Under the pieces are notes generated by a model, which had not been told where the DNA came from, ran no database searches, and saw only the letters and a list, made by a program, of their open reading frames with translations. Both the position numbers and the translations under genes were made by a program. 64,000 nucleotides of DNA from the IMG/VR virus record IMGVR_UViG_3300007735_000802. One strand, written 5' to 3'. Position 1 is the stretch's first letter, and the number at the start of each line of letters is the position of its first letter. The DNA is from a virus. Positions 18,493-29,719 of this stretch are shown one piece after another.

Positions 18493-19028
18493 TATATTCC
18501 TGTGGAACCGAATCCACCATCACGATCAGTTTTAATTTTTGGTTTTTCTGTTGTATATGCAAATATAGTAGGATTATTTAAAACCATTTCACCCTGTGCT
18601 ATTCTCTCTCCACAATAAATTCTTATCTTTTCTTGTGAGTTATTGTACAAGGGAACAAATAACTGTTCAACATAATCAGAATCAATTATACCAACACAAT
18701 TAATCAAGTTCAATCCTTTTTTAGAAGAAATACCTGATCTTGGATATATTCTTACAGAATGACCTTCAGGAATGTCAAGAATAAGACCCGTAGGTATTAA
18801 TGCCCTCCACTCCCCAGGAAGATCAATGAAATTTTTCCCTTCGGCATCTTGCGTTGCCAAAATTTCTACAAGACCATTGTTCTTTGTATATGCCTTAACA
18901 CATGTCTGGAATGTTATATAAGAAGATATATCAAAACATGCTGCCTGTTCTGAACCATATTTTAGGTTAGGAACATCTTCATGTAATTTATAAAGAGTAA
19001 GTAATTGTGTTTTGAATTTTTCATTCAT
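18492..19028 (-). CDS. dut: dUTPase (trimeric)
   Basis: ACFD, PRSG, GIIDSDY, RIAQ, RDGGFGSTG. Confidence 0.93.
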   Translation of the reverse strand: MNEKFKTQLLTLYKLHEDVPNLKYGSEQAACFDISSYITFQTCVKAYTKNNGLVEILATQDAEGKNFIDLPGEWRALIPTGLILDIPEGHSVRIYPRSGISSKKGLNLINCVGIIDSDYVEQLFVPLYNNSQEKIRIYCGERIAQGEMVLNNPTIFAYTTEKPKIKTDRDGGFGSTGI

Positions 19029-19034
19029 AGCAAT

Positions 19035-19062
19035 ATTATATCAATACAGAATTAGATGTCAA
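19035..19062 (-). promoter_or_regulatory. Sigma70-type promoter for dut-MTase-gp43A (leaderless)
   Basis: TTGACA-N16 (ending TGA)-TATAAT, then 6 nt to ATG 19028. Confidence 0.75.
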
Positions 19063-19375
19063 TAGCACCACTAAATTCAGAAACATTATCTTTTACAAAT
19101 TCATAAGATTTTGTAATGAGATTAGAGTTTTGCAATATTGATGGATTGAAATATAAATTTGCCTCTGATTCATTAGTAACAATTGTTTTTGACATAAAAG
19201 AATCTCTACCATCCAATCTGGCTTGTTCTGTAAGATATCCTTCAAGAAGTATTGTTATTGTATTGATGACTTGATTTTCACTTGAAATCCACTCAGAAAT
19301 GACTTTTTGTATTTTCCAATACTCAGCAGATATTCCAGAATTATTATTGATGTATATTTGTTTTTGTAGTGCCAT
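19052..19375 (-). CDS. Hypothetical protein, probably tail-fibre associated
   Basis: AAGGA SD; MALQK...YWKI...GYLTEQARLDG pattern seen in small fibre-adjacent phage proteins. Confidence 0.6.
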   Translation of the reverse strand: MALQKQIYINNNSGISAEYWKIQKVISEWISSENQVINTITILLEGYLTEQARLDGRDSFMSKTIVTNESEANLYFNPSILQNSNLITKSYEFVKDNVSEFSGAIDI

Positions 19376-19384
19376 GTTTTATCC

Positions 19385-19600
19385 TTATATTTCGCTTGGA
19401 TCGACTTCTACAAAGTCCTCTGGGCGAAGATGTACTAATCGTTTTCCACAATAAACACCTTCAACAATACATCTTGTTGAGTCTTGTGCTATTGTGCCGA
19501 GATATATGAATCTATCGTTTTCCTTAATATCAAACACTGCAACATCAATATCTGTGATATCAACAGCCTTGACAATTGAATTTACTCTTGGTAATGGCAT
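19385..19600 (-). CDS. Hypothetical protein
   Basis: AAGGA SD; 71 aa. Confidence 0.6.
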   Translation of the reverse strand: MPLPRVNSIVKAVDITDIDVAVFDIKENDRFIYLGTIAQDSTRCIVEGVYCGKRLVHLRPEDFVEVDPSEI

Positions 19601-19610
19601 TAGTTTATCC

Positions 19611-20507
19611 TTATGTTGAGAAAATTATCATCTCTCTGTCTAGTTTTCTTCGTATTCTAGCATAGATGTAATCGACTAAAATAAATGTAGAATTTGCTGT
19701 AGCAGTTCCAGCCTTAGCACAGACTAAACCAACACCCATTGTATCTGTAGATGCTAGTGGATAATATGTTGCTGGCACTGAAGGAGCAGCAGTTCCACTT
19801 GTAGTTACTCCTGTTGTTAAATTTTTTACACTATATGTTGTAGTAAATGTTCCTGCTGAGTTTCTTTCAACAGACAAATATAATCTATATCCTGTACTTG
19901 CAGATACAGTTACATTTGTATTTACTCTTTCTTGATTTGGATTGTTTCTGAATACTATATTCCATGTGGTGTCATTTGTTGTACCGTCATATAAAAACTC
20001 AAAATATACACCATCGTTTGGTGCGCTGTTAGTAGCAGTAGACATAGCACCAAATCTTATTGATCCGTTTCTAGTCGCTCCAAATATATTTGCATCTGTC
20101 TCAATATTGCATTCAAATTCATATTTTGTTATAAAACTATTTGTTGGAGTTGGAATTCCACCAAGAATTGATATAGAACTTTGAACAGCGGAATAAGCAG
20201 TAGCATTATTTGTAGTTCCAGTTTCTAATCTAAGAATTCCTATTGAGTTATCTATTCCAAATGAAGCATAGTCTGTAGTGCTATTTGATGTAACCGATCC
20301 ACCACCAGAAACTGGAGTAACAAAAACACCACCAGAAATAGGAACGGTTCCAGCAGTGGTTGCCGATTGAATAAAATCGGAAAACATAATTGTATCCATT
20401 TGACTTGCTGTCAAACCAGTTTCGAATCTACTGTATGAAGTGGCAGCAGAGGGCATATTTTCTACCCGACCGACACCATCGTTCACATTCATTACACCAT
20501 ATGCCAT
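19611..20507 (-). CDS. Putative virion lectin-like/beta-sandwich protein (paralog 2)
   Basis: Ser/Thr-rich; collinear paralog of 20517..21419. Confidence 0.65.
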   Translation of the reverse strand: MAYGVMNVNDGVGRVENMPSAATSYSRFETGLTASQMDTIMFSDFIQSATTAGTVPISGGVFVTPVSGGGSVTSNSTTDYASFGIDNSIGILRLETGTTNNATAYSAVQSSISILGGIPTPTNSFITKYEFECNIETDANIFGATRNGSIRFGAMSTATNSAPNDGVYFEFLYDGTTNDTTWNIVFRNNPNQERVNTNVTVSASTGYRLYLSVERNSAGTFTTTYSVKNLTTGVTTSGTAAPSVPATYYPLASTDTMGVGLVCAKAGTATANSTFILVDYIYARIRRKLDREMIIFST

Positions 20508-20516
20508 TTGTTTTCC

Positions 20517-21419
20517 TTATGTACCAAATGCTACCATTTCTCTATTCAATTTCTTTCTAATTCTACAAGTAATATAATCAGACAATACAAAAGTAGAGTT
20601 TGCTGTTGCAGTTCCTGCTTTTGAACAAACTAATGATATTCCCATGTAGTTCACACCGCTGTCTGCTGGATAATAAGTTCCTGGAACTGACGGTGCTGCT
20701 GTTCCTGTAGTTTCTGTATTATCTGTTACATTTTTTATTCTATAACTGGTGGTAAAAGTTCCTGCTGTATTTCGTTCAACACTCATATACAATCTATACA
20801 TTTTACTTGCTGTAAAATTGACACTTGTGTTTACTCGTTCTTGCGTTGCGTCTCTTCTGAATACTATATTCCATGTAGTGTCATTTGTTGTACCATCATA
20901 TAAAAATTCAAAATATACACCATCGGTTGGAGCAGTATTGATATTTCCAGACATCAAACCAAAGCGAATAGATCCGTTTCTTGCTGCTCCAAAAACAACT
21001 GAATCTGTTTGTAAATTACATTCCCATTCATATTTAGTGACATATCCAGTTGTTGGTGTTGGTATTCCGTCCACCAATCCATTTGCTGTTGTTATTGCTG
21101 CATATCCTGTGGCATTGTTTGTTGTGCCTGTTGTAAGTCTGATCACTCCTATGCATTTTTCAGATCCAATGGAAGTATAATCAGTAGTGCTGTTTGATGT
21201 TACTGCTCCTCCGTTGGCAACTGGAGTATAGTAACATCCACCAGAAACAGGAACTGTCGCAGAAGAAGTAGCACTACTAACAAAATCAGAAAATAACAAA
21301 GTATCCATTTGCACGGCATTAGTAACACCAACTGCAAGTCTTTCATATTTTGTTAATGATGATGGTAATAATTCAATATTACCAACACCACCATTTATAC
21401 TCATGACTCCATATGCCAT
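20517..21419 (-). CDS. Putative virion lectin-like/beta-sandwich protein (paralog 1)
   Basis: Shares MAYGVM, DGVYFEFLYDGTTNDTTWNIVFR and AGTATANSTF with its neighbour. Confidence 0.65.
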   Translation of the reverse strand: MAYGVMSINGGVGNIELLPSSLTKYERLAVGVTNAVQMDTLLFSDFVSSATSSATVPVSGGCYYTPVANGGAVTSNSTTDYTSIGSEKCIGVIRLTTGTTNNATGYAAITTANGLVDGIPTPTTGYVTKYEWECNLQTDSVVFGAARNGSIRFGLMSGNINTAPTDGVYFEFLYDGTTNDTTWNIVFRRDATQERVNTSVNFTASKMYRLYMSVERNTAGTFTTSYRIKNVTDNTETTGTAAPSVPGTYYPADSGVNYMGISLVCSKAGTATANSTFVLSDYITCRIRKKLNREMVAFGT

Positions 21420-21429
21420 TTGCTCTCCT

Positions 21430-23412
21430 TTATACTATAGACCAGTTGGATCCATTACTTATCAAACCAATTGCCTGATATTGTTTATTTAAATAATATG
21501 CCGTAGCACCATCTATAGTCTGAGATGATGTTGTAAATATATTAATCGTTGATGCAGTTGTGCTTTTAACTGTATAAAGATTTGTATTTGATGCTGCCGT
21601 TGGCATGGTTAGTGTTAATCCAGCAGTTGCAATGTAAATATAATCAGTCGATGCAGCAGATCCTGCTGTTGTGTCTGTGCTTATACTTGATATTGATCGT
21701 GATATTCCAGATCCAGATGCTGATCCCCATGTGATGCCAGAACCAGTTGACATCAAAACTTGATTGTTTGTGCCTGTTGAACCACCAATATAAATTTTTG
21801 CAGAAGATCCAAATGTTATTCCATCTGCGACAAATAAACTTTCGCCTGATATTCCACCAACAACATGTAATTTAGCTGCTGGTGATGTGGTATTGATTCC
21901 AACATTTCCATTTAAATCAACAAGAAGTCTTGTATTTTGTGTCTCACCATATTCAGTTCCAGCAACACCAGTAATATTTGTATGGATCGACACACCAGTG
22001 TCATATCTCATCTTTACATAGTGACCAATATCAAATGTTGTTTTTTCAACTTTTGCGGCAGATTGCTTTGATGCTGCTACTGAATTTCCCCAAATTAATG
22101 CAGAAGATGATGTTGTTTCGGATACTGTTCCGTAAACACCAATATTCATTCTTTGTGCTGTGTTACCTATTGCTTGATAAGGAATACTTAATAAATTACC
22201 AATTATCGCTTGGTCAACGACATTTAATTTAGAAGCAGTTAATCCACTATTTACAAATACAACACCATTGAATGTTCCCCCAGATGCACTCAATCCGAAA
22301 TTTGCTGTCAATAATCCACTAAGTGTTGTACCAGCAGCACTCAATCCTCCATTTACTCTAACATCATTTGTAAATTCAAAGTTACCGACAGTTGTGTTTC
22401 CATCATTTGCTCTGATTGTTGATAATTTAACACCAGAACCAGAAGAAGTTGTATCAACTTTCATACCAAAATGAGTTGTTCCTGTGCCATTTGGCATCAA
22501 GTCAATTGACCCATTTGTAGAATTTCTTATAAATTCATCATTTGCTAAATTTACATTTGATGTAAACTTTCCACCAGTATTAAATGCTATATTTGTTGGT
22601 ACAAAACTTACAGCATATAAAGATCCAGTATTAACATTAACAGTAGTTGCAATTACATCTATAGATGATGGAATATTATCAGTATCTCCACCGGAAAGTC
22701 TAATATAAGCTGGGTCATCAATAAGTGCTGTAGTTTCTTGTGACTTAATTTCTAAATATTTTGAAGTAGCAGCGACAGATGGTGCAGAATGTAACATTCT
22801 AGTTCCGCTACTAGAAGTATCATTGAACACAATAGAATTTGTCATTGCTGAGAAAGTTATTCCGCGAGAAAACAATCCACCCGCAGAAGTGAACCCAGAA
22901 CTCATCACCTGAAGGACTGAGAATGTATTTCCTTCATTTGTTCGTGCAACATTTGTAATTGCACCAGTTGATCCATTTAGCGAGGAGACATAGTTGACGA
23001 ACGATACTGCACCCGTTGAACCATTAAATGATATTACATATTCTGTTGGTATTGCCCCAGTAGCACCAGTAGCACCAGTAGCACCAGTAGGGCCAACAGA
23101 ACCAGCAGGACCAGTAGCTCCTGTAATTCCTATAGGACCAGTAGGACCAGTAGGTCCAGTAGGTCCAGTAGGTCCAGTAGCACCAATACCACCAGAAATG
23201 CTATCCACATAAGTTTTAACAGCATATTGAGTGGGTATTTTTGTCTGACTATTTGAGGCTAAGGTTGCGCTGTTATCTATTTCAGCACCAACCCAAACGG
23301 CAGAAGAAGTAACACCAAGAAATAATTTATTATTGGCATAATCCCATGCTGGTTCAGCAAGGGTTAGTCCACTTGGTCCTGTAATTCCTCTTTTAAATTT
23401 TATTGTTGCCAT
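21430..23412 (-). CDS. Tail/whisker fibre protein with collagen-like segment
   Basis: [10 protein letters not shown]-terminus, [11 protein letters not shown], (GPT/GAT)n, [17 protein letters not shown]-terminal QTIDG...SNGSNW. Confidence 0.8.
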   Translation of the reverse strand: MATIKFKRGITGPSGLTLAEPAWDYANNKLFLGVTSSAVWVGAEIDNSATLASNSQTKIPTQYAVKTYVDSISGGIGATGPTGPTGPTGPTGPIGITGATGPAGSVGPTGATGATGATGAIPTEYVISFNGSTGAVSFVNYVSSLNGSTGAITNVARTNEGNTFSVLQVMSSGFTSAGGLFSRGITFSAMTNSIVFNDTSSSGTRMLHSAPSVAATSKYLEIKSQETTALIDDPAYIRLSGGDTDNIPSSIDVIATTVNVNTGSLYAVSFVPTNIAFNTGGKFTSNVNLANDEFIRNSTNGSIDLMPNGTGTTHFGMKVDTTSSGSGVKLSTIRANDGNTTVGNFEFTNDVRVNGGLSAAGTTLSGLLTANFGLSASGGTFNGVVFVNSGLTASKLNVVDQAIIGNLLSIPYQAIGNTAQRMNIGVYGTVSETTSSSALIWGNSVAASKQSAAKVEKTTFDIGHYVKMRYDTGVSIHTNITGVAGTEYGETQNTRLLVDLNGNVGINTTSPAAKLHVVGGISGESLFVADGITFGSSAKIYIGGSTGTNNQVLMSTGSGITWGSASGSGISRSISSISTDTTAGSAASTDYIYIATAGLTLTMPTAASNTNLYTVKSTTASTINIFTTSSQTIDGATAYYLNKQYQAIGLISNGSNWSIV

Positions 23413-24617
23413 TAATATGTTCCGCCATCTATATTTAGATCACCTAAAACAATTAAATTTCCACTTATTGTTACATTGTTAGGTAATCCAATTATAATAT
23501 TTGGACAAGAGTTTGTTATTTCTATTTCATTTATAGTTCCAGTAATTCCTAAAATACCAGTGCATCCATTCAGCGATATTAAATAATCACCAACAGGACC
23601 AGTTGGACCTGTGATACCTTGAATACCCTGAGATCCGGTAGGACCAGTTGGACCTGTGATACCCTGAGATCCTGTAGGACCAGTTGGACCTGTGATACCT
23701 TGAATACCCTGAGATCCTGTAGGACCAGTTGGACCAGTTGGACCTGTTAGTTTATTATTTTGAACATATCGATATACTGCATCAGCAGTTGCGAGTGCAG
23801 AACTTCCAGACTGCACATCTCCAGTAACTGCTGTAATCTCTATTGTTGCTCCAACTTTTGATCCCAGTATTTGACTAGGAGAATTGCTCGTAATGTCGTC
23901 AACAAATGTATCAATAGTGTTAATTGATCTTACATGGCCATAAGCATCTATAGTAATTGTATTATTATTTGCAATTGCATATGTATTTCCACCCAAAGGA
24001 GAAGTAGCATGAGAAATAGTCAAAGCACCAGAACTTACAATAATAGGAGACACACCAGTATACTGAGGTCCAGTTGGACCAGTTGGACCAATAGAACCAG
24101 TTGGTCCAGTTGGACCTGTAATTCCTTGTATTCCTTGTGCTCCAGTTGGACCCGTTGATCCTGTTGGACCAGTTGGTCCAATAGAACCAGTTGGACCAGT
24201 TGGACCAGTTGGACCAGGAACTGTAGAATCTGCTCCAGTTGCTCCCGTTGGTCCAATAGAACCAGTTGGACCAGTTGGACCAGTTGGACCAATAGAACCA
24301 GTTGGTCCAGTTACACCCTGAATACCCTGTATGCCTTGTGGTCCTGACAAAGCAACACCAGGATAAGAAGCATATAAAACAGTAGAAGATGCTTGTGTAT
24401 TTGCTACTACATTTATTGATTGTGGTGCTGCTACTGTAAGTTGAACAGAACTTTGTTGATTTACTACAACATTGTTACTTGATTGTGATGTTGCAGTGAT
24501 TGTTGTTGCGGGACTATTCGAAGCAATTAAATTTGATAAATTACCAGAACCAGAAGATTGTACTTCTGTTCTTTCTATTATTCTAGTAATTACAAGTATT
24601 GCTTGGGTTATAGACAT
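23412..24617 (-). CDS. Collagen-like fibre protein
   Basis: Two long Gly-X-Y tracts dominated by GPT/GIQ; ends IDGGTY. Confidence 0.8.
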   Translation of the reverse strand: MSITQAILVITRIIERTEVQSSGSGNLSNLIASNSPATTITATSQSSNNVVVNQQSSVQLTVAAPQSINVVANTQASSTVLYASYPGVALSGPQGIQGIQGVTGPTGSIGPTGPTGPTGSIGPTGATGADSTVPGPTGPTGPTGSIGPTGPTGSTGPTGAQGIQGITGPTGPTGSIGPTGPTGPQYTGVSPIIVSSGALTISHATSPLGGNTYAIANNNTITIDAYGHVRSINTIDTFVDDITSNSPSQILGSKVGATIEITAVTGDVQSGSSALATADAVYRYVQNNKLTGPTGPTGPTGSQGIQGITGPTGPTGSQGITGPTGPTGSQGIQGITGPTGPVGDYLISLNGCTGILGITGTINEIEITNSCPNIIIGLPNNVTISGNLIVLGDLNIDGGTY

Positions 24618-25051
24618 TACCTAGTTATTTCTCTGTTTATCTCAAATGTTCCCTCTATTAAACGAGTTACTTCTCCGATAGAATTTGTCAATTCTAAATC
24701 ATAAAAGTGCTTTCCATATGGAGTATTTTTCATGCTAGTAGCATCAACTTTAATTAATATTCCACCTGTATATCCCGTTGCACCAGCAATTGATGTATTA
24801 AAACTTATTCCACCAACACCAGAAATTCCATAACCCAAACTAAATTCTCCTGTATTACCTCCACCTGTAATTCCATTTTGACTTAAAAATAATATGATAT
24901 TATCATCTTTTGAAGATCTTCGAACTTGCATAGAACCTGTAAAGTTTGATAAATCAATACCAGTTCCACCAGATCCTGCATATTTGTAATCTAAGTGAAG
25001 TTTAAAAGTTGTTCCTTGTTCTGCGTAGATATCGTATCGTGATGCTGGCAT
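24617..25051 (-). CDS. Virion structural protein (fibre/baseplate adaptor-like)
   Basis: [10 protein letters not shown]...[14 protein letters not shown]...YDLEL...RLIEG pattern of T4-like structural proteins. Confidence 0.7.
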   Translation of the reverse strand: MPASRYDIYAEQGTTFKLHLDYKYAGSGGTGIDLSNFTGSMQVRRSSKDDNIILFLSQNGITGGGNTGEFSLGYGISGVGGISFNTSIAGATGYTGGILIKVDATSMKNTPYGKHFYDLELTNSIGEVTRLIEGTFEINREITR

Positions 25052-25061
25052 ATAATTTCCT

Positions 25062-25346
25062 TTAAAATGTTCCTCCGTCTAAAACCGAAACATTCACCCA
25101 CTGACTTGTAGATGAATTGTAAATTAAAATATCATTATTTTGTGCTCCTGTGATTGTTACATCACTAAGTCCATCTAATGTTGTAGATCCAGCAGCACCC
25201 GTTGGACCAGTTGGTCCTTGAATTCCCTGTGGACCAGTTAATCCTATATTATAACTTATCCATCCAGCACCATCCCACTTCCAGGTTTTACCTCCGAAAG
25301 TATAAAGATCATTTAAAGATGGTGTTGATGGAAAATCAAGAGGCAT
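25062..25346 (-). CDS. Small virion fibre-associated protein
   Basis: DFPSTPSLNDLYT...WKWDG domain, short collagen tract, LDGLSDV, LDGGTF. Confidence 0.7.
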   Translation of the reverse strand: MPLDFPSTPSLNDLYTFGGKTWKWDGAGWISYNIGLTGPQGIQGPTGPTGAAGSTTLDGLSDVTITGAQNNDILIYNSSTSQWVNVSVLDGGTF

Positions 25347-25354
25347 ATTTTATC

Positions 25355-26587
25355 TCATAAAACTTCATACCATGAAAAATCTGCAAATATTTTTGCTCCA
25401 CTATTTACAGGTATGAATGTAAGGCAGATAACTTCACTCACACCAGTCTGAGTTCTACCTATTTGATAATTAAAATTATCAGTTTCTGTAACTGTAATCG
25501 AACCGCTGCTAGAAATATATCCGCCTACAAGTTCTGTTCCACCAGTTACACTAGTCATTCCAGTATTATATTCAATATTTTCATTTACATGTGCAGTCCA
25601 ACCTCCACCAGTAATCGTAGGATTTAATAGAATTCTATATTGAACAGTATCTGGTTTATTTGATGCAGTTTCTTCTAGAACAGCATTCAACTGTGCTGGT
25701 ATGACAATACCATCTAATCTGCTTGAAGGCAATCTAATTGCTATAAATGGATATTCAGTTCCGGCAGTAGTTAATGTTGTAGCAGTAAATCCTTTATTAA
25801 TATTAAACTTTTTATTAAATCCTTGGAATCCTGCTTCACTCATTACACTAGAACATATTTGCTTCATGGTGTTTCCAGAATATGTTGTACCTGTATTTTC
25901 AATTTCATATCGAATTGGTAGACAAGCAGTTGTCATATATGTTGATGAATTTATATTGTCATTGTGGAATGTATGTGCCACAACTGGTTTTCCATCAACA
26001 AAAAAACCTGTTCGAACATCACCAACTCCTAACCATTCTATGTCTGTCCAAAAAATATTTGCTTTAGAAACATCTAGTATTCTCTCAGACTCTCCACTTC
26101 CATCAAATTTATCTCCATTCCAATTTGATTGACTTACTGTTGTTGTTGTATTTAATGAACCGCTTGCTAAACATAATGATAAAGTCAATCCATCTTGTTG
26201 TAGATAAACTCCATTATAAGGAGTACCAAATGTAGCACCACCAGTTAAACCAAAATAACCAATTCTTTGTCTTAGACCATCTTTTGGTGTACTAAATGCA
26301 AAAGTGTTTAAAATTAACAATGATTTTCCAGGTTGGTATGGAAATACTCTTTTTGTTTCTCTTGTTACCTTTGAACCAAGAGTAGCTCCGACTATTAAAT
26401 TTACAGCACTTTCATTTAAAATATAATTAGCAGTTCCACCTGTGACACCAAATGTGTCCCATTTATTATTAAATCTATATCTGTTTTGAGAATCAAATAC
26501 AGTAAATGGTTGTGATACTTTTAATCGATTAAAAGCATCAACTGCATTTCCTTTAAATCCTACAAGATCGTTAAATAGATAACTCAT
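25355..26587 (-). CDS. Virion structural protein (lectin-like), common in T4-like aquatic phages
   Basis: DAFNRLKVSQPFTVFDSQ, YQPGKS, QSNWNGD, IEWLGVG. Confidence 0.65.
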   Translation of the reverse strand: MSYLFNDLVGFKGNAVDAFNRLKVSQPFTVFDSQNRYRFNNKWDTFGVTGGTANYILNESAVNLIVGATLGSKVTRETKRVFPYQPGKSLLILNTFAFSTPKDGLRQRIGYFGLTGGATFGTPYNGVYLQQDGLTLSLCLASGSLNTTTTVSQSNWNGDKFDGSGESERILDVSKANIFWTDIEWLGVGDVRTGFFVDGKPVVAHTFHNDNINSSTYMTTACLPIRYEIENTGTTYSGNTMKQICSSVMSEAGFQGFNKKFNINKGFTATTLTTAGTEYPFIAIRLPSSRLDGIVIPAQLNAVLEETASNKPDTVQYRILLNPTITGGGWTAHVNENIEYNTGMTSVTGGTELVGGYISSSGSITVTETDNFNYQIGRTQTGVSEVICLTFIPVNSGAKIFADFSWYEVL

Positions 26588-27123
26588 TAAATTATTCTCC
26601 AACCATCCCTGTATATAAATTGCAATGAACCATTATTGATATTTATTGTAGCGGATAACTGTCTATCGATCTTATCAGTATAAGTTGCTCCGCTTATTAC
26701 AATAAATTTATTAGCATCACCAGCATGACCCGATTCATCTTTTACCACCATTATTCTTCCTACTTCTGGTCCTGATGGTAGTTTAATTCCAGCTGTTCCA
26801 GCATAACTAACACCGATATAATAATCAGCATTTGTTGCTTGGTATGTGGATCCTGTTACTGTTTGTGTTGCTTGAATTAAAACAGATGATCCGTTATCAG
26901 TTGGTTGAACCCACTGTGAACTATTTCCATCGTATATGTAAATATATTCAACGCCAGTATCAGAATCCATCCATCTAGTCCCAAAAGTAATACCAGTTGG
27001 TGGATTTTGTTGGTAATAAAAAGCATAACCTTCAAGTTTGTCCCAAGCAGCCCCATTAAAAGACCACACACGGCGATTGATGCTGTGTGTGGTTCCTGTG
27101 GATGGATTTGTGGGAAATGCCAT
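26587..27123 (-). CDS. Virion fibre-associated protein
   Basis: FPTNPSTG...WSFNGAAW, RWMDSDTG, VKDESG domains; late promoter upstream. Confidence 0.7.
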   Translation of the reverse strand: MAFPTNPSTGTTHSINRRVWSFNGAAWDKLEGYAFYYQQNPPTGITFGTRWMDSDTGVEYIYIYDGNSSQWVQPTDNGSSVLIQATQTVTGSTYQATNADYYIGVSYAGTAGIKLPSGPEVGRIMVVKDESGHAGDANKFIVISGATYTDKIDRQLSATININNGSLQFIYRDGWRII

Positions 27124-27136
27124 AGTTCTATAGCAT

Positions 27137-27144
27137 TATTTATA
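27137..27144 (-). promoter_or_regulatory. T4-type late promoter TATAAATA
   Basis: Exact consensus heading the fibre gene block. Confidence 0.7.
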
Positions 27145-27150
27145 ACAATT

Positions 27151-28374
27151 TTAGGTCTTTTGCTTTTTTCTCTCTTTGAACTTTTTCTTCTTTTGTTGGG
27201 CAGTTTCTAGTTGTTCTTTTTGTGCAACTTGCTGTTGTTGTATCATTTGTTGCTGTTGTTTTGAAATATTTTCCATTATTTGTCTATAATTATTGTAATT
27301 GTTTTGAACTCGTTCTATGTGTTCGGTGGGAATCTTTCCACTTTCTAATAATTTCTTACATGCCAAATAACCAATTTCTGGTCGTCCAGCAGCATGTGCT
27401 GTTGCTCCCAATTCATCAAGAGCAACAAAATTATAGATTATGTCGGGTACGAACAATATTTCACCATTTGGATATGGTAATTCTGCTGCTGTCTTTGCGA
27501 AGACATATGCTGCCGCTGGTTGATCAAATTTTTGTCGAAGAACTTGAGCAATGTGAACTAATGGTTCGGCACGAATTGGTCTGTAATTATATGCATCCAA
27601 GAAAGATGCCATGATTTCAGGCCATGGTCTATCCATCATTGCGCGACAAACTGCTACTCTGTACAATGAGTAATAAACCTCTTCTTGCCAACCACCCATC
27701 TCTGCTCTTTTCTTATAAGCATTCATAGATTTTTCCCATTGCTGAGAATCAAAATATGATTGTGCGAGATAGAATTGGTATCTTGTATTTGTTGGATCTT
27801 CTACAAGTGCCTTTTCTAATAGTTCTGCATCTCTTGTATACTTCTCAACAGCGGTTATTCCAACATTTCTAGCACCCAAAGTTCTTGCATTGATGTGATA
27901 ATTACCTTCAATCTTTACTAACTTTGGAGTTGGTTTGGAACATGCTGGATATTCGTGAAGAACTCCAACATATTTCCAATCAGAATCTAATCTAAAAATC
28001 TGAGTTCTCCACCAAGAAAATTCAGGTTTACCCATTCTGACAACATATCCATCTGCATCCATTTCTTGTGGAAGTTTAAGAGTACCTTCAACACAATCGT
28101 CAGCATCAATCATCCATGCATATTCCGCCTTGCCTTTTGCATGTTCCAACACTAGACTTCTGTTGTGACCAAAGTTCTTCCACTCATCTTGGTGTAGTTC
28201 TCCAGGAATTCCTTTTTCTTCGAAGAACTTCTTGATAATATCTTGAGTTCCATCTGTAGAACCAGTATCTGATATTACCCAATAATCAATTTGGTTGTAA
28301 ATAGAATTTAAGCACTCATGAATAATATGAGACTCATTCTTGACGATCATGCATAGTGTTAATTTTGGTTTCAT
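27151..28374 (-). CDS. GT2 glycosyltransferase with TPR repeats
   Basis: LCMIVKNE, DTGSTDGT, NFGHNR, IDADD, GVLHE; TPR RYQFYLAQSY. Confidence 0.9.
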   Translation of the reverse strand: MKPKLTLCMIVKNESHIIHECLNSIYNQIDYWVISDTGSTDGTQDIIKKFFEEKGIPGELHQDEWKNFGHNRSLVLEHAKGKAEYAWMIDADDCVEGTLKLPQEMDADGYVVRMGKPEFSWWRTQIFRLDSDWKYVGVLHEYPACSKPTPKLVKIEGNYHINARTLGARNVGITAVEKYTRDAELLEKALVEDPTNTRYQFYLAQSYFDSQQWEKSMNAYKKRAEMGGWQEEVYYSLYRVAVCRAMMDRPWPEIMASFLDAYNYRPIRAEPLVHIAQVLRQKFDQPAAAYVFAKTAAELPYPNGEILFVPDIIYNFVALDELGATAHAAGRPEIGYLACKKLLESGKIPTEHIERVQNNYNNYRQIMENISKQQQQMIQQQQVAQKEQLETAQQKKKKFKERKKQKT

Positions 28375-28375
28375 G

Positions 28376-29719
28376 TTAAACTCTTATATTGTCTGCTTTC
28401 GAAAAGTAATCATTCACCTTCTCTTCTATATAGTCCATTTGTTCATCTGTAATTACTGGACTTGTTCCTAAGAAGAAAGTATCTGTAGTTACCTTTGTAG
28501 CTACTGGAAAATCTTTCTTTGCATCTCCAGAATAAACATTACTATATGCTGGTTGAAGTAAGAGATTACCTCCAAAATAATTTCTGGTTTGTATCTTTTG
28601 ATCTTCTAGATACATAGTGAAATCATTTCTCTTCATAAAAACACCACTTCGAACTGTTAGTGGAAATGCAAACCATGATGGATCTGATTTCTCTGTTGCT
28701 TTTGGAAGATGAAAGATTTCTTCATATTTTGAAAATATAGAATATAGACGATTAAAGTTCTTCTTTCGAATCTCAATGATCTTGTCAAGTTTCTTGATCT
28801 GAACAAGACCAATTGCTGCTTGCATGTCTAATGGTTTTAAATTATATCCAATCTCTTCGTAGACATATTTGTGATCAAATATTTCCTCTGGAAATGCTGG
28901 CAACCAATTGCTAAATCTCTTTTTACACATTCCATTTCGCAAACACGCTGCACCTTTACCAGAGCAATAACATCCTCTTCCCCATTCGCGAAGACTCTTG
29001 ACAACTGTCTCTTGCTCTTCTGTATTACACGCAACAAACCCACCTTCACCCATTGTTATGTGATGTGCAGGATAAAAAGAGCAAGAAGCAAACTGACCAA
29101 AGGATCCTAGAAGTTTACCATCATATTTGCTACCAAGTGCATCACAACAATCTTCTAGTAGAACAAGATTGTATTTGTATACAATCTCCATGAGACGATC
29201 CATGTTTGGGGGATTACCAAGCACATGTGCAAACACCAATGCCTTAGCACCTTGTTTTGCTGCCTCTTCTACTTGATCTAGATTGAGATTTAGCGTATCA
29301 ATTTCAATATCGACAAATACTGGTTCGAATCCATTTTGTAAAATAGGATTTACCGTTGTAGGAAAACCAGCAACAGGAGTTATAATCTTTGTTCCTTTTG
29401 GAAAATTATACAATCTCTTGCTAGTTAACGCAGAGATCATCAAAAGATTTGCACTCGAACCGCTGTTTGTTAATGCTCCATATTGCTTACCCAGTTTTTC
29501 TTTAAACTGCCGCTCAAATCGAATACCATTTTCACCAAGTCCAAACCAACCCTCAAGTAAACAATCTACTGCTGCAATATATTCTTCAGAAGAAACATAA
29601 GAACCAGCATATTGAACCCAATCTTTTCCAGGTATCCACTGCTTACTAGTTTCATCAATTACTTGTTCTATAAGTGAATTTATTTTTTGTATAGTTAAAG
29701 TTTTATTCAAATTAATCAT
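28376..29719 (-). CDS. rfbH: CDP-4-keto-6-deoxyglucose 3-dehydrase (E1, RfbH/DdhC)
   Basis: NSGSSANL, EDCCDALG, SFYPAHHITMGEGG (His in place of the PLP Lys), WGRGCYC...C [2Fe-2S] Cys cluster, DHKY. Confidence 0.88.
   Translation of the reverse strand: MINLNKTLTIQKINSLIEQVIDETSKQWIPGKDWVQYAGSYVSSEEYIAAVDCLLEGWFGLGENGIRFERQFKEKLGKQYGALTNSGSSANLLMISALTSKRLYNFPKGTKIITPVAGFPTTVNPILQNGFEPVFVDIEIDTLNLNLDQVEEAAKQGAKALVFAHVLGNPPNMDRLMEIVYKYNLVLLEDCCDALGSKYDGKLLGSFGQFASCSFYPAHHITMGEGGFVACNTEEQETVVKSLREWGRGCYCSGKGAACLRNGMCKKRFSNWLPAFPEEIFDHKYVYEEIGYNLKPLDMQAAIGLVQIKKLDKIIEIRKKNFNRLYSIFSKYEEIFHLPKATEKSDPSWFAFPLTVRSGVFMKRNDFTMYLEDQKIQTRNYFGGNLLLQPAYSNVYSGDAKKDFPVATKVTTDTFFLGTSPVITDEQMDYIEEKVNDYFSKADNIRV

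Noticed and set aside
19611-21419. Diversity-generating retroelement TR/VR pair
   Set aside because: Both copies are intact genes, the differences checked are synonymous rather than adenine-specific, and no reverse transcriptase is in the window.
23040-24350. CRISPR array or non-coding tandem repeat
   Set aside because: The GGACCAGTT-type 9-mers are in-frame Gly-Pro-Thr collagen codons with no unique spacers.
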